The notes beneath the pieces were generated by a model that was given only the letters and a program-made list of their open reading frames with translations, had not been told where the DNA came from and searched no databases. Below, one piece after another: positions 1 to 8,478 of a stretch of DNA of 32,000 nucleotides (position 1 is its first letter; each line of letters starts with the position of its first letter). The stretch lies in the NCBI RefSeq assembly GCF_000981785.2, contig NZ_CP011304.1, forward strand, positions 990,001 to 1,022,000. Reading direction: 5' to 3'. A program made the translations under genes and the position numbers. This stretch comes from Microcystis aeruginosa NIES-2549. GTDB taxonomy: Bacteria > Cyanobacteriota > Cyanobacteriia > Cyanobacteriales > Microcystaceae.

Positions 1-1599
1 GGTTCCCCGACTGTCTTTAGCCGAATCTTGAGCATCAAAAGAACGGTAAAATAAAGGCTTAGGCTGGATACTAAGGGCAAATTGTGCGATTAAATCACTT
101 AATCTCTCGATCAATGCTTCTTGATGCTCTGGCGTTAACCATTCTTCTAGATTACGCTGAGAAAGTAACTCTAGAATCATCCATTCTGAGCGCAATAAAC
201 CGATCCCATCAATAGGCAGTTCTTGGATTCTGGCAATACTTTCAGTTTGACTGAGATTAACCATCAAACGGGTAGCGATTGCCGTCCCGTCGGTTTCTCT
301 GGGGGGTGGAGGGGGCAAGGAAATCTGTTCCTGAGATGCTAGAGAAATAATTCCCCTCGTACCATCTACTAAAATTATCTCGCCTGAGCGGATAATTTCC
401 GTGGCATTTTTCACCCCGACAATGGCAGGAATGGCTAATTCCCGGGCTAAAATGGCTCCATGGCTAGTTAATCCCCCCTGTTCCGTGATCATTGCTCGAA
501 TTTGGCGTAAATGGGGCAGTTTTTTCGGAGGTAAATTAGTAGTAACCAGAATGCAATCCTGAAAATTTGCCTCTGGGGAGTCGAAATTGCTGATCACTTT
601 TGCCACTCCCGATGCCAACCCTGGGGATGCCCCTAATCCTCTTAAGGGATAATTGGAGGTAGTGGGGGTGATTTCCTGACTGTGACAGTTGAGAATATAA
701 ATTTGACCATCCAGCATCATCAGCCATTCTATGCTGGTTAACGTCGGTTTTTCCGCCAGTAGAGATTGAATCAGTTGACAAAGGCGATCGAGGGCGAAAT
801 TATCTAAACAGTAGCTTTCCTGTAAACTGGGTGCTAATAATTGTGGTACGAGCAGATTACTGTCACTATTGAGATAATAAGCCCTGGATTTATTGCCTAA
901 TTGCCGACTGCGTAATTGACCAGAGCGATCGATAATGTAGGTATCCGGTGCCACTTCTCCATTAACTAAACTGTGTCCTAAACCCCAAACCGCCTGAATT
1001 TCCCAGTTATCCTCATTAATCAACACATTTCCCGCACAATTGGCTGGTAATAACGGTTGTACCAGTAAAGATAATTGAATGTTTTCTAAACCAATTCCCA
1101 TTTTTCGCCAATAAAATAGACTTCTGGCGGTGAATAACTCCGCCCAAGCTTGTTTTAGAGCATTTTCTAGATTATCTGCTTTAATTCCACTGATGGGGGC
1201 GGAAAATAAACCGAGAGTTCGCCGAGCCAGATTAGCTGGTAGGGAAAAGCGCCATACTAGGGTAGCCATGGATAATTGTGCCACGGCCGCCTCTAGTTCT
1301 TCTAACCAGAGAGGAGGAATTTCCGCTTGTAAAATGGCCCGCCGACTCTCTCGCGCAACTAATTGCAGAGCTTTGGCGTTATCTACGTCTAAATAGAGGG
1401 AAGATTGCGGAAAATCAGTCAGAAACGAGTCAGCATTGTCGATAGTTTCCAAAAATTCCGCAAAAATGCGGTTAAAAATGGCAAATCCCCTGATAATTGG
1501 GTATCCTCGTTGGTGCAATTCACTGGCAATAAAAGCTTTTTCCCCCACCAGGGGGCGATCAGAAGCACTAATGCGATCGAGCCAGCAGAGAATGGTCAC
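1..1599 (-). CDS. ppsA: Phosphoenolpyruvate synthase-like PEP-utilising enzyme (N-terminal ~530 aa; the C-terminus lies beyond the window start)
   Basis: Absent from the ORF track because it has no stop inside the window. My minus-strand translation is open from 1683 to 1. From GTG 1599 it reads VTILCWLDRISASDRPLVGEKAFIASELHQRGYPIIRGFAI, an ATP-grasp/PPDK_N-type N-terminus. Around 486-420 it reads TEQGGLTSHGAILARELAIPAIVG, the phospho-His swivel motif, with the His codon at 462-460. It continues ATRLMVNLSQTES...IDGIGLLRSEWM, the start of the PEP/pyruvate TIM-barrel domain. The start codon is uncertain; GTG 1599 is the first canonical start after the upstream stop. Confidence 0.8.
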   Translation of the reverse strand, partial: MTILCWLDRISASDRPLVGEKAFIASELHQRGYPIIRGFAIFNRIFAEFLETIDNADSFLTDFPQSSLYLDVDNAKALQLVARESRRAILQAEIPPLWLEELEAAVAQLSMATLVWRFSLPANLARRTLGLFSAPISGIKADNLENALKQAWAELFTARSLFYWRKMGIGLENIQLSLLVQPLLPANCAGNVLINEDNWEIQAVWGLGHSLVNGEVAPDTYIIDRSGQLRSRQLGNKSRAYYLNSDSNLLVPQLLAPSLQESYCLDNFALDRLCQLIQSLLAEKPTLTSIEWLMMLDGQIYILNCHSQEITPTTSNYPLRGLGASPGLASGVAKVISNFDSPEANFQDCILVTTNLPPKKLPHLRQIRAMITEQGGLTSHGAILARELAIPAIVGVKNATEIIRSGEIILVDGTRGIISLASQEQISLPPPPPRETDGTAIATRLMVNLSQTESIARIQELPIDGIGLLRSEWMILELLSQRNLEEWLTPEHQEALIERLSDLIAQFALSIQPKPLFYRSFDAQDSAKDSRGT

Positions 1600-1727
1600 G
1601 CGATTTGTTAAGAATGGTGAAAGGATTCTAAAATCATTGTGTGATTTTTGTCGCTTTTTATTTTTATCTGCTACTGTAAATTACTGTCACTGTCTTGAGG
1701 ATTATGTCGTCATTAAGGAAAAAACCC

Positions 1728-2828
1728 TTAACCTAGACGATTGTGCAGTTCTTGGAGGGCTACTTTAGTCTGTAGAGGGTCTTCAACTAATTTAGCGATA
1801 GGAATTTGATGAGTCCAAGTGTCGTAAAAGGCCTTAATTTTATAGTAAGAGCCTGGAAAGACAAGATGGGGAATATCAAGCAGCAGACATAAAATATGAA
1901 CATGAAGACGATTAGTAATCACGATCGGATATTGTTTTAATTGATAGATGCCACTGTGCATTAAACTCCATGATTTCTGATGGAGACGAGGATTATCTAT
2001 GTCCTTAAAGACAGAAGCGTAGGGATGAAAAAGTTCCCATTTTTGGCGAGAAAGCCATTGATTAGGAGTAGCTAATCCTCGTTGCCAACCCTCGCGTATA
2101 AGTCTAGCCAATCCGGGGATATAAACCCATTTTTCGGGCAGTTTATTCATCCATTGAAGGGATATCCAATCTTCCACTACTAAATCGGGAATCTCTAGCT
2201 TAGAGGCAGAAAAAGCCGAATTTCTCTCTGTATCTACTCGATCGATATAGAGAATTGAGTTCTTAGTCGCTGTAATATTAGGCAGGGCAGGTAAATTAAC
2301 CATTTCAAAAGCCATATCCGGGGCTTTAATAATGCGACAATTGCCAAAATGTTCCCCGGCGATAGCATAGCTATAATCGTCGCGGACAAAAATGGTTAAA
2401 TCGGGATGGGAGTTGAAAATTTTGGCAGTTTTTTGTAGATTTTCCTGGGATTTAAAATAGATGGACTGGGGTAAAATAAAGATAGGTCGATCATGGTATC
2501 TGGCAATAATTTTTTCCCGACAATTTTGATACTTTGCCCAGAGATCTCCTAGATTTCCACCTCCAGTAAAAATAATCGGAGATTTCCCTGCTTTACGCTC
2601 TAGATCATCCTCAGAAAAACTATTAGCATGGGCAGTATATTTAATTTTAATTTTCGCAGTTTTACTTAAATAGAGAATGTCCCCTAACCAGATTAAATGA
2701 TCTCCAAGATTAGAATAGTTCGGATAATCTAACAATGCACATTCTTCGAGGGAACGGAGTACAGACAAAGATTGATGTAAAGCATCTTTTACATCCTGTG
2801 GAGTTGACAAATTAGGCATTTTAGTCAC
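1728..2828 (-). CDS. Polysaccharide pyruvyl transferase family protein (ExoV-like)
   Basis: 366-aa ORF. NLGDHLIWLGD, IIFTGGGNLGDLW and FILPQSIYF match the motifs I associate with the PS_pyruv_trans/ExoV family. Confidence 0.7.
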   Translation of the reverse strand: MTKMPNLSTPQDVKDALHQSLSVLRSLEECALLDYPNYSNLGDHLIWLGDILYLSKTAKIKIKYTAHANSFSEDDLERKAGKSPIIFTGGGNLGDLWAKYQNCREKIIARYHDRPIFILPQSIYFKSQENLQKTAKIFNSHPDLTIFVRDDYSYAIAGEHFGNCRIIKAPDMAFEMVNLPALPNITATKNSILYIDRVDTERNSAFSASKLEIPDLVVEDWISLQWMNKLPEKWVYIPGLARLIREGWQRGLATPNQWLSRQKWELFHPYASVFKDIDNPRLHQKSWSLMHSGIYQLKQYPIVITNRLHVHILCLLLDIPHLVFPGSYYKIKAFYDTWTHQIPIAKLVEDPLQTKVALQELHNRLG

Positions 2829-2854
2829 TTAAATATTTTCAAGGTTAAGATAGA

Positions 2855-3871
2855 TCAGGAAAAAAATCTTTTCGCTTTACTGATCATTTTATTTAGTTTT
2901 CGATTTACTTTAGTTAAGGGACTCGGTGACTGAAAATTATCGGGTTTTTGTTCAGGATTTTTGAGAAAACGATAGTGTATAAACGTATCTCGATAACGAA
3001 TATCTATATCTTCCCCCTGACATAAACGAGTAAATCCAGCTGAAGAATAATTCATATAGTGAATCCTATGAATAGGTTTGAGTCCTTCTTGATTATAAAG
3101 AATGCCATCAATTTCCACAAAGGGATCCGCATCTGCACAGTTCCCTGTCCTGTCTTGACCATTAGGACTTAGAGTAAAGTTAAACATGGAATAGTTAGTG
3201 TGGAACGTCAGATAACTGAACAGTGCCGAACTAGACCACCAACAGCGATCATACACCCATTGAATCTCTTTTTTCTTGGTTAACCTTTCCTTGAGTACAT
3301 CCATTTCTGCGGGGGAAAAAAGCCCAGATTTAGAACCAAAAAAACTGTCACAATGAAGTTTAGGGCGAATATCAGCCTCTGATAAACCAGTCGCTTGTTT
3401 GATCGCTTCCAAATCCAATTCTGTCGAAAATCTTTTTTTGTTGTGTTCCCAATCATCAAAAACTAGATCATAAACATCGAGCTTTTCAAAAATTTTATCT
3501 AAGGGTTTCATTGCTAAACTATCGGCATCAAAAAAGACAAATCTATCAAAATCACCGTCAAAAGCCGCAAATTTACGATGCACAAAACCCTTATACCAAG
3601 CGGGACGCTCTAAGGGTTTTGACGCTTGGGAATGATACTCCCATACCTCGTTAACAAAACCATCCCATCTAGCGAGAGATTGAGAATTATTAAAAAGAGT
3701 TACTTGGGGTCGAGAATCAATTTCTTTTTTAGTCTTTTCTAGGCGATCATTATAGGGAATTACACAGACAGGAATATCGGAACCAATATTCTTTTCAATA
3801 CTGTTAAGCAGTGCAACCAATTGGTCATAAACAGTGTCATTGGCTAAAGTATATATTCCTTTTGAGAGCAT
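2855..3871 (-). CDS. Putative nucleotide-sugar glycosyltransferase (GT-A/GT8-like fold, DxD motif)
   Basis: 338-aa ORF lying 26 nt upstream (in transcription order) of the pyruvyl transferase. GIYTLANDTVYDQL near the N-terminus and FVFFDADSLAMKPLD (DxD) resemble GT8-like transferases. The exact family is not recognised with certainty. Confidence 0.5.
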   Translation of the reverse strand: MLSKGIYTLANDTVYDQLVALLNSIEKNIGSDIPVCVIPYNDRLEKTKKEIDSRPQVTLFNNSQSLARWDGFVNEVWEYHSQASKPLERPAWYKGFVHRKFAAFDGDFDRFVFFDADSLAMKPLDKIFEKLDVYDLVFDDWEHNKKRFSTELDLEAIKQATGLSEADIRPKLHCDSFFGSKSGLFSPAEMDVLKERLTKKKEIQWVYDRCWWSSSALFSYLTFHTNYSMFNFTLSPNGQDRTGNCADADPFVEIDGILYNQEGLKPIHRIHYMNYSSAGFTRLCQGEDIDIRYRDTFIHYRFLKNPEQKPDNFQSPSPLTKVNRKLNKMISKAKRFFS

Positions 3872-4046
3872 GACATTTTTGGTTAAGTAACACGGATATC
3901 ATACAGAAAATGTTGAAATATTGCAAGCTGTTCTCAAACCTGTTAGGTAAATACTCACTGGTTATCGTCGTTAACACTGCCCCAGAAAGTGGGCAAAAAA
4001 CCGCTAAGATAGGATTCGGACAATATTCGATCGCTGCGAGAAATTC

Positions 4047-4742
4047 ATGGATACACCTGCGAAAGTTTTGTTAGTGGATGACGAACCGGGGGTTCGTGAA
4101 TCTGTGCAAGCATATCTACAGTACGGGGATGACTTCGAGGTAAGAACTGCTAGTAATGCTAACGAAGCCTGGGATTTACTCAATCAAGAAATTCCGGAAT
4201 TAGTCATCTCCGACATTATGATGCCGCAGGTGGATGGCTATCAGTTTCTCAAGAAATTGCGCGAAGATGCCCGTTTTCAGACAATTCCCGTGGTTTTTCT
4301 CACCGCTAGGGGGATGACCAGCGATCGCATTCAGGGTTATAATGCCGGTTGTGATGCTTATTTATCCAAGCCTTTCGATCCCGAAGAATTAGAAGCATTA
4401 ATCAAGTCTTTAATCGAGCGCCGTCGTCAATCCTTGCAAGCCACCAGCGAAAACGCTAAATTAGAAGAAATTGCCCGAGATATCCGGGAATTAAAACAGC
4501 AGGTGGGACAACAGAACACTTTTACTACTACTCCCCCCCCAATTAAAATTGATCTGACCCCCCGGGAACAAAGTGTTTTAGATTTAGTAGCGGAGGGATT
4601 GATGAATAAAGAAATTGCCAGTCGTCTAGAAACCAGCGTCAGAAACGTAGAAAAATACGTCAGTCGCTTATTTAGCAAGACTGGTACTAATAGTCGCACG
4701 GAATTGGTACGTTTTGCCCTAAAACACGGTTTAACCACTTAG
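4047..4742 (+). CDS. Two-component response regulator, NarL/LuxR family (REC + HTH)
   Basis: N-terminal receiver motifs VLLVDDEPGVRE, LVISDIMMPQVDG and AYLSKPF. C-terminal LuxR-type HTH LTPREQSVLDLVAEGLMNKEIASRLETSVRNVEKYVSRLFSKTG. No cognate kinase lies adjacent. Confidence 0.85.
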   Translation: MDTPAKVLLVDDEPGVRESVQAYLQYGDDFEVRTASNANEAWDLLNQEIPELVISDIMMPQVDGYQFLKKLREDARFQTIPVVFLTARGMTSDRIQGYNAGCDAYLSKPFDPEELEALIKSLIERRRQSLQATSENAKLEEIARDIRELKQQVGQQNTFTTTPPPIKIDLTPREQSVLDLVAEGLMNKEIASRLETSVRNVEKYVSRLFSKTGTNSRTELVRFALKHGLTT

Positions 4743-5052
4743 TATAGCAGCTAGGGACAAAGTAGCGGACGGGAGTAGTTTATTAGCTGACGATGGCAGG
4801 CAACCCAATTACCGATGGAAAAACAACTTAAATATATGTCACGGCAAACCGTGCCTTGGAGGATAGCGTTATCCTGTTGAATTTATCCTAGAATTACTTA
4901 GTTCTGGCATGACTATTGCCGACATTTTAGCCCACTACGATGATATCGAAAAAACTTTGTGTCCTTTGTGTCTCAAGTATCCCCCGGAAATCATCAGTAG
5001 TTGGACAAGATTAAAGTTAACCGTCGGGAAAGTAATGGCAAATAGGCAATAA
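4741..5052 (+). pseudogene. Decayed DUF433-family gene (no usable start, in-frame TAG at 4864-4866, degenerate C-terminus)
   Basis: One frame reads ...NLNICHGKPCLGG*RYPVEFILELLSSGMTIADILAHYDDIEKTLCPLCLKYPPE. This matches the DUF433 core as I remember it (ICHGKPCIRGxRYPV..ILelLasGmt.eeIL.dYpdLe.eDI.acL.YA). The frame is interrupted by an amber codon and has no ATG/GTG/TTG at a sensible N-terminus. Confidence 0.5.
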
Positions 5053-5691
5053 TTAAACTTCTTTAACTAACACTCCATTCAGAAAAATTTCGGCAATACC
5101 TTCGGCCATTTCTTGTAAAGCGAAGGGGGAAGCATTGCTATCTAAAATAGTTTCACTGGAAAAACCAGCAATTGCGAACATTCCTAGAAAAACCTGGGCC
5201 ACAATTTTCGGATTCATGGGACGATAGATACCACGATCGATCGCTGTTTGAAAAAAAGCCTCGGCCACATCGGTCATTTTAGCAATTACCTCCGATTGAA
5301 TTCGCTCTTTTAATTCGGGGTGAAATTGCGCCTCTATAAAACAAACTCGCAATAAATCGCTATTTTCTCGCATTCTCAACACCCTACGCCGCATTACCTG
5401 CGCTACCGCTTTATAACTGCCCATTTCGCTCAATTCCGTCAGCAAGTCGGTGAGAATATCCACCCATCCCCTAGTGGCCACTTCGATTAAAATCGCCTTT
5501 TTGTTGGGAAAATAACGAAATAAAGTTCCTTCTGCCACATTTGCCTTTCCTGCTAGGTCTTTGGTCGTGGTTCCTTCATAACCCTTGGCGGCAAATAAAC
5601 GTAAAGCGGCCTGTAGAATACGACTACGGATATCTTCTTCCCCAGAATTGGTCTCATTTAGGGAACGTCGAAAAAGACTTTGCATGATCAT
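5053..5691 (-). CDS. TetR/AcrR family transcriptional regulator
   Basis: 212-aa ORF. The N-terminal HTH ILQAALRLFAAKGYEGTTTKDLAGKANVAEGTLFRYFPNKKAIL is typical of TetR_N. Confidence 0.85.
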   Translation of the reverse strand: MIMQSLFRRSLNETNSGEEDIRSRILQAALRLFAAKGYEGTTTKDLAGKANVAEGTLFRYFPNKKAILIEVATRGWVDILTDLLTELSEMGSYKAVAQVMRRRVLRMRENSDLLRVCFIEAQFHPELKERIQSEVIAKMTDVAEAFFQTAIDRGIYRPMNPKIVAQVFLGMFAIAGFSSETILDSNASPFALQEMAEGIAEIFLNGVLVKEV

Positions 5692-5896
5692 TGACAGCTA
5701 GAAGGGGATAGAGCCATTGTCATCGATCAAGTCAGGTGTTGACTCAAATGCTTCATAAAATTTTGAGTAATTGGGTTGAGGGGTGAGGGGTGAGGGAAAT
5801 GGGGAAATTCAACTAAACCCCACTTCCCCAACCCGAATGTCTTTTTTTCTTTTCCCTTGGGATAAGATTGTGATCGATCGAGTTTAGGGAATTTTT

Positions 5897-6373
5897 ATGA
5901 CGACGGAAAGTTTAGCGACTTCAGAAGCAATAGAGTCAATGACCGATGAATTTCTGGCTAGTACAAGCAGTCACCAAGAAATGATTGAAACAGTTATTTC
6001 TACTCTGCAGCAGCATGATACTGCTATGGTACAACACACAGAAAAAGGTTATCTGTGGAAGTTTCAGTATGGTAGCGTTGAGGTGTTTGTGCAGTTAACT
6101 GGGGAAAGCGATGATGATTTTCTCACGGTGTGGTCTTCTGTGCTGACATTGCCTGTTAAGGATGAATTGGGATTAACCCGCAAGTTATTAGCGATGAATT
6201 GTGCCGAAACCTTTGAATCTCATTTTGCCATTATGAATGATCAGGTGGTGGTGATTTCTCAGCGTACTGTGGCCGATTTGTCTCCTGGGGAGATTTCGCG
6301 AGCAATTACTCTCGTGGCGACGGTAGCAGATAATAATGATGAAATGTTACGAGAATCCTTTGGTGGCAGCTAA
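5897..6373 (+). CDS. YbjN-like (type III secretion chaperone-like fold) domain protein, function unknown
   Basis: 158-aa acidic ORF. The pattern WKFQYGSVEVFVQL...LTVWSSVLTLP...LTRKLLAMN...HFAI..DQVVVISQRTVADLSPGEI...ADNNDEML resembles YbjN-domain proteins. Divergent from the TetR gene. Confidence 0.5.
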   Translation: MTTESLATSEAIESMTDEFLASTSSHQEMIETVISTLQQHDTAMVQHTEKGYLWKFQYGSVEVFVQLTGESDDDFLTVWSSVLTLPVKDELGLTRKLLAMNCAETFESHFAIMNDQVVVISQRTVADLSPGEISRAITLVATVADNNDEMLRESFGGS

Positions 6374-7097
6374 AATTTGGCGTTATATCCCTCCAATTAT
6401 CTCATCGGCAGAGCTACAAATGGCGATCGATTCTTGGTTACTAGAACAACACCGTTGTGGTCATCATCCCCCGACTCTGCGTTTTTATCAATGGTCGCCC
6501 CCAGCTATTTCCTTGGGCTATCATCAAGGACAATATCCAGATTTTTGGCGTAATTTGACTTGGCAAGGTCAAAAAATCTCCCTAATTCGTCGTCCTACTG
6601 GTGGACGGGCCGTACTACATCAGGGGGATTTGACTTATATGGTGGTAAATTCGGGGATGAAGGGGAATGTTAGGGAAGTTTACCAGCAAATCTGTCAATT
6701 CTTAATCACAGGCTGGCAAAATCTCGGTCTAGAATTGTCCTACGGTGCTGCCGGCCGGGGATATATCCATTCTGCTAACTGTTTCGGTACGGCTACCGGT
6801 GCGGATCTAGTCGATAATTGGGGCAATAAATTTATTGGTAGCGCCCAACTGCAACGGGGTTCCTCGATTCTCCAACATGGTTCCATGGTGCTAGAGCAAG
6901 ATCATTCGCTGTTTGAACAAGTTTTCGGCAGTTATGCCCCTCAAAAGGTCAATTTAGCCCCAGATTTGACCCTAGAGACAATTATCGCTACCCTGAAAAC
7001 CGCCGCCGAGGAATGCTTTGATTGTCAATTGCTAGAGCAACCCCTCGAGGATTGGGAATGGCGATCAATTAAAAAAATGAATATAAATACTCATTGA
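6336..7097 (+). CDS. Lipoate-protein ligase / octanoyltransferase family protein (BPL_LplA_LipB domain)
   Basis: WRYIPP...MAIDSWLLEQH...TLRFYQWSPPAISLGYHQ...RRPTGGRAVLHQGDLTYMVV...KFIGSAQLQR matches LplA/LipB-type ligases. The longest ORF overlaps the upstream gene by 38 nt. TTG 6360 or GVG-type GTG 6363 would shorten the overlap, so the start is uncertain. Confidence 0.7.
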   Translation: MMKCYENPLVAAKIWRYIPPIISSAELQMAIDSWLLEQHRCGHHPPTLRFYQWSPPAISLGYHQGQYPDFWRNLTWQGQKISLIRRPTGGRAVLHQGDLTYMVVNSGMKGNVREVYQQICQFLITGWQNLGLELSYGAAGRGYIHSANCFGTATGADLVDNWGNKFIGSAQLQRGSSILQHGSMVLEQDHSLFEQVFGSYAPQKVNLAPDLTLETIIATLKTAAEECFDCQLLEQPLEDWEWRSIKKMNINTH

Positions 7098-7122
7098 CAA
7101 AAAAACTTTTGTGTGTATAAAA
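7094..7122 (+). promoter_or_regulatory. Candidate sigma70-type promoter (TTGACA, 16-17 nt spacer, TG-extended TATAAA/ATAAAA) about 300 nt upstream of psbD
   Basis: TTGACA at 7094-7099 overlaps the TGA stop of the ligase gene. gtgTATAAAa follows at 7113-7122. Sequence match only, with no TSS data. A weaker TATAAG at about 7337 is an alternative. Confidence 0.3.
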
Positions 7123-7422
7123 AATCAATTATGAGTCAAGTTGTATAGATTTGTAATTTTTTGCTAATAATGAGTAAAGGTAGATAGAGGCCGCAAGGAA
7201 CCAAAATCTTACCAAACTCGAAATTATTGTCTAGCTTGTGCTAGTTTAAGAAACGTTAATCTTTTACAGTTTGTGAGGATTAACAGGCGATCGCAGCCAG
7301 TTTAGTCAAGCTAATCCAGTCAATCGATCGCCCCATCTTATAAGACAATGGGAGTAATCCCAGACTCAAAAAAGTTAAGAAATCTTGCCCGTGATTTCAG
7401 TTAAGCAAGAGGAAAAATACCC

Positions 7423-8478
7423 ATGACCATTGCTGTCGGACGCGCCCCAGAAAGAGGGCTGTTTGATGCTCTCGATGACTGGCTCAAAAGAGACCGTTTC
7501 GTCTTCATCGGTTGGTCTGGTTTACTACTCTTCCCCTGCGCCTTCATGGCCCTAGGTGGATGGTTAACCGGCACCACCTTCGTCACCTCCTGGTACACCC
7601 ACGGGTTAGCCAGTTCCTACTTGGAAGGCGGCAACTTCCTGACTGTAGCCGTCTCCACCCCCGCCGATGCCTTCGGTCACTCCATCCTCTTTCTCTGGGG
7701 ACCGGAAGCCCAAGGTAACTTCACCCGTTGGTGTCAAATCGGCGGTTTATGGCCCTTTGTCGCTCTCCACGGTGCTTTCGGCTTGATTGGCTTCATGCTA
7801 CGTCAGTTTGAAATCGCCCGTTTAGTCGGCATTCGTCCCTACAACGCCCTTGCCTTCTCCGGTCCGATTGCGGTGTTCGTCAGTGTCTTCCTGATGTACC
7901 CCCTCGGTCAGTCTAGCTGGTTCTTTGCCCCTAGCTTCGGCGTGGCTGGTATCTTCCGTTTTATTCTCTTCTTCCAAGGCTTCCACAACTGGACCCTGAA
8001 CCCCTTCCACATGATGGGTGTAGCCGGTATCCTCGGTGGTGCGCTTCTCTGTGCTATTCACGGAGCGACCGTAGAAAATACCCTGTTTGAAGACGGTGAA
8101 GGTTCCAACACTTTCCGAGCTTTTGAACCCACCCAAGCGGAAGAAACCTACTCCATGGTGACTGCGAACCGTTTCTGGTCGCAAATCTTCGGCATCGCTT
8201 TCTCCAACAAACGTTGGTTACACTTCTTCATGCTCTTTGTCCCCGTGACTGGTTTATGGATGAGTGCTGTGGGTGTGGTTGGATTAGCGCTTAATCTACG
8301 GGCCTATGACTTCGTTTCTCAGGAATTGAGAGCGGCGGAAGACCCGGAATTTGAAACCTTCTACACTAAAAATATTCTGCTTAACGAAGGTCTGAGAGCT
8401 TGGATGGCTCCCCAAGACCAACCCCACGAAAACTTTATCTTCCCTGAGGAGGTTCTCCCGCGTGGTAACGCTCTCTAA
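7423..8478 (+). CDS. psbD: Photosystem II D2 reaction-centre protein
   Basis: The 351-aa product is near-identical to canonical D2 ([33 protein letters not shown]...[31 protein letters not shown]...[11 protein letters not shown]). AAGAGGA Shine-Dalgarno at 7406-7412. Confidence 0.98.
   Translation: MTIAVGRAPERGLFDALDDWLKRDRFVFIGWSGLLLFPCAFMALGGWLTGTTFVTSWYTHGLASSYLEGGNFLTVAVSTPADAFGHSILFLWGPEAQGNFTRWCQIGGLWPFVALHGAFGLIGFMLRQFEIARLVGIRPYNALAFSGPIAVFVSVFLMYPLGQSSWFFAPSFGVAGIFRFILFFQGFHNWTLNPFHMMGVAGILGGALLCAIHGATVENTLFEDGEGSNTFRAFEPTQAEETYSMVTANRFWSQIFGIAFSNKRWLHFFMLFVPVTGLWMSAVGVVGLALNLRAYDFVSQELRAAEDPEFETFYTKNILLNEGLRAWMAPQDQPHENFIFPEEVLPRGNAL

Noticed and set aside
536-1768. ORFs at 536-781 (-), 1130-1396 (+), 1405-1611 (+) and 1436-1768 (+).
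   Set aside because: All but the last ~170 nt of 1436-1768 (which runs on into the 1600-1727 gap and the first bases of the next gene) lie within the long PEP-synthase-like frame that the track could not report because it is truncated at the window edge. Their products have no recognisable motifs.
4427-4738. A 103-aa ORF antisense to the response-regulator gene. Similar shadow ORFs occur inside the adaptor, RmlD-like, apt, clpB, permease and PEP-CTERM genes, and at 31037-31367.
   Set aside because: They are shadow frames of well-supported genes, or short AT-rich intergenic ORFs with no motifs or coupling signals.
8462-8478. The 17-nt psbD/psbC overlap with a GTG start, considered as something unusual.
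   Set aside because: This is the well-known conserved arrangement of the psbDC operon in cyanobacteria and plastids, so it is not novel.
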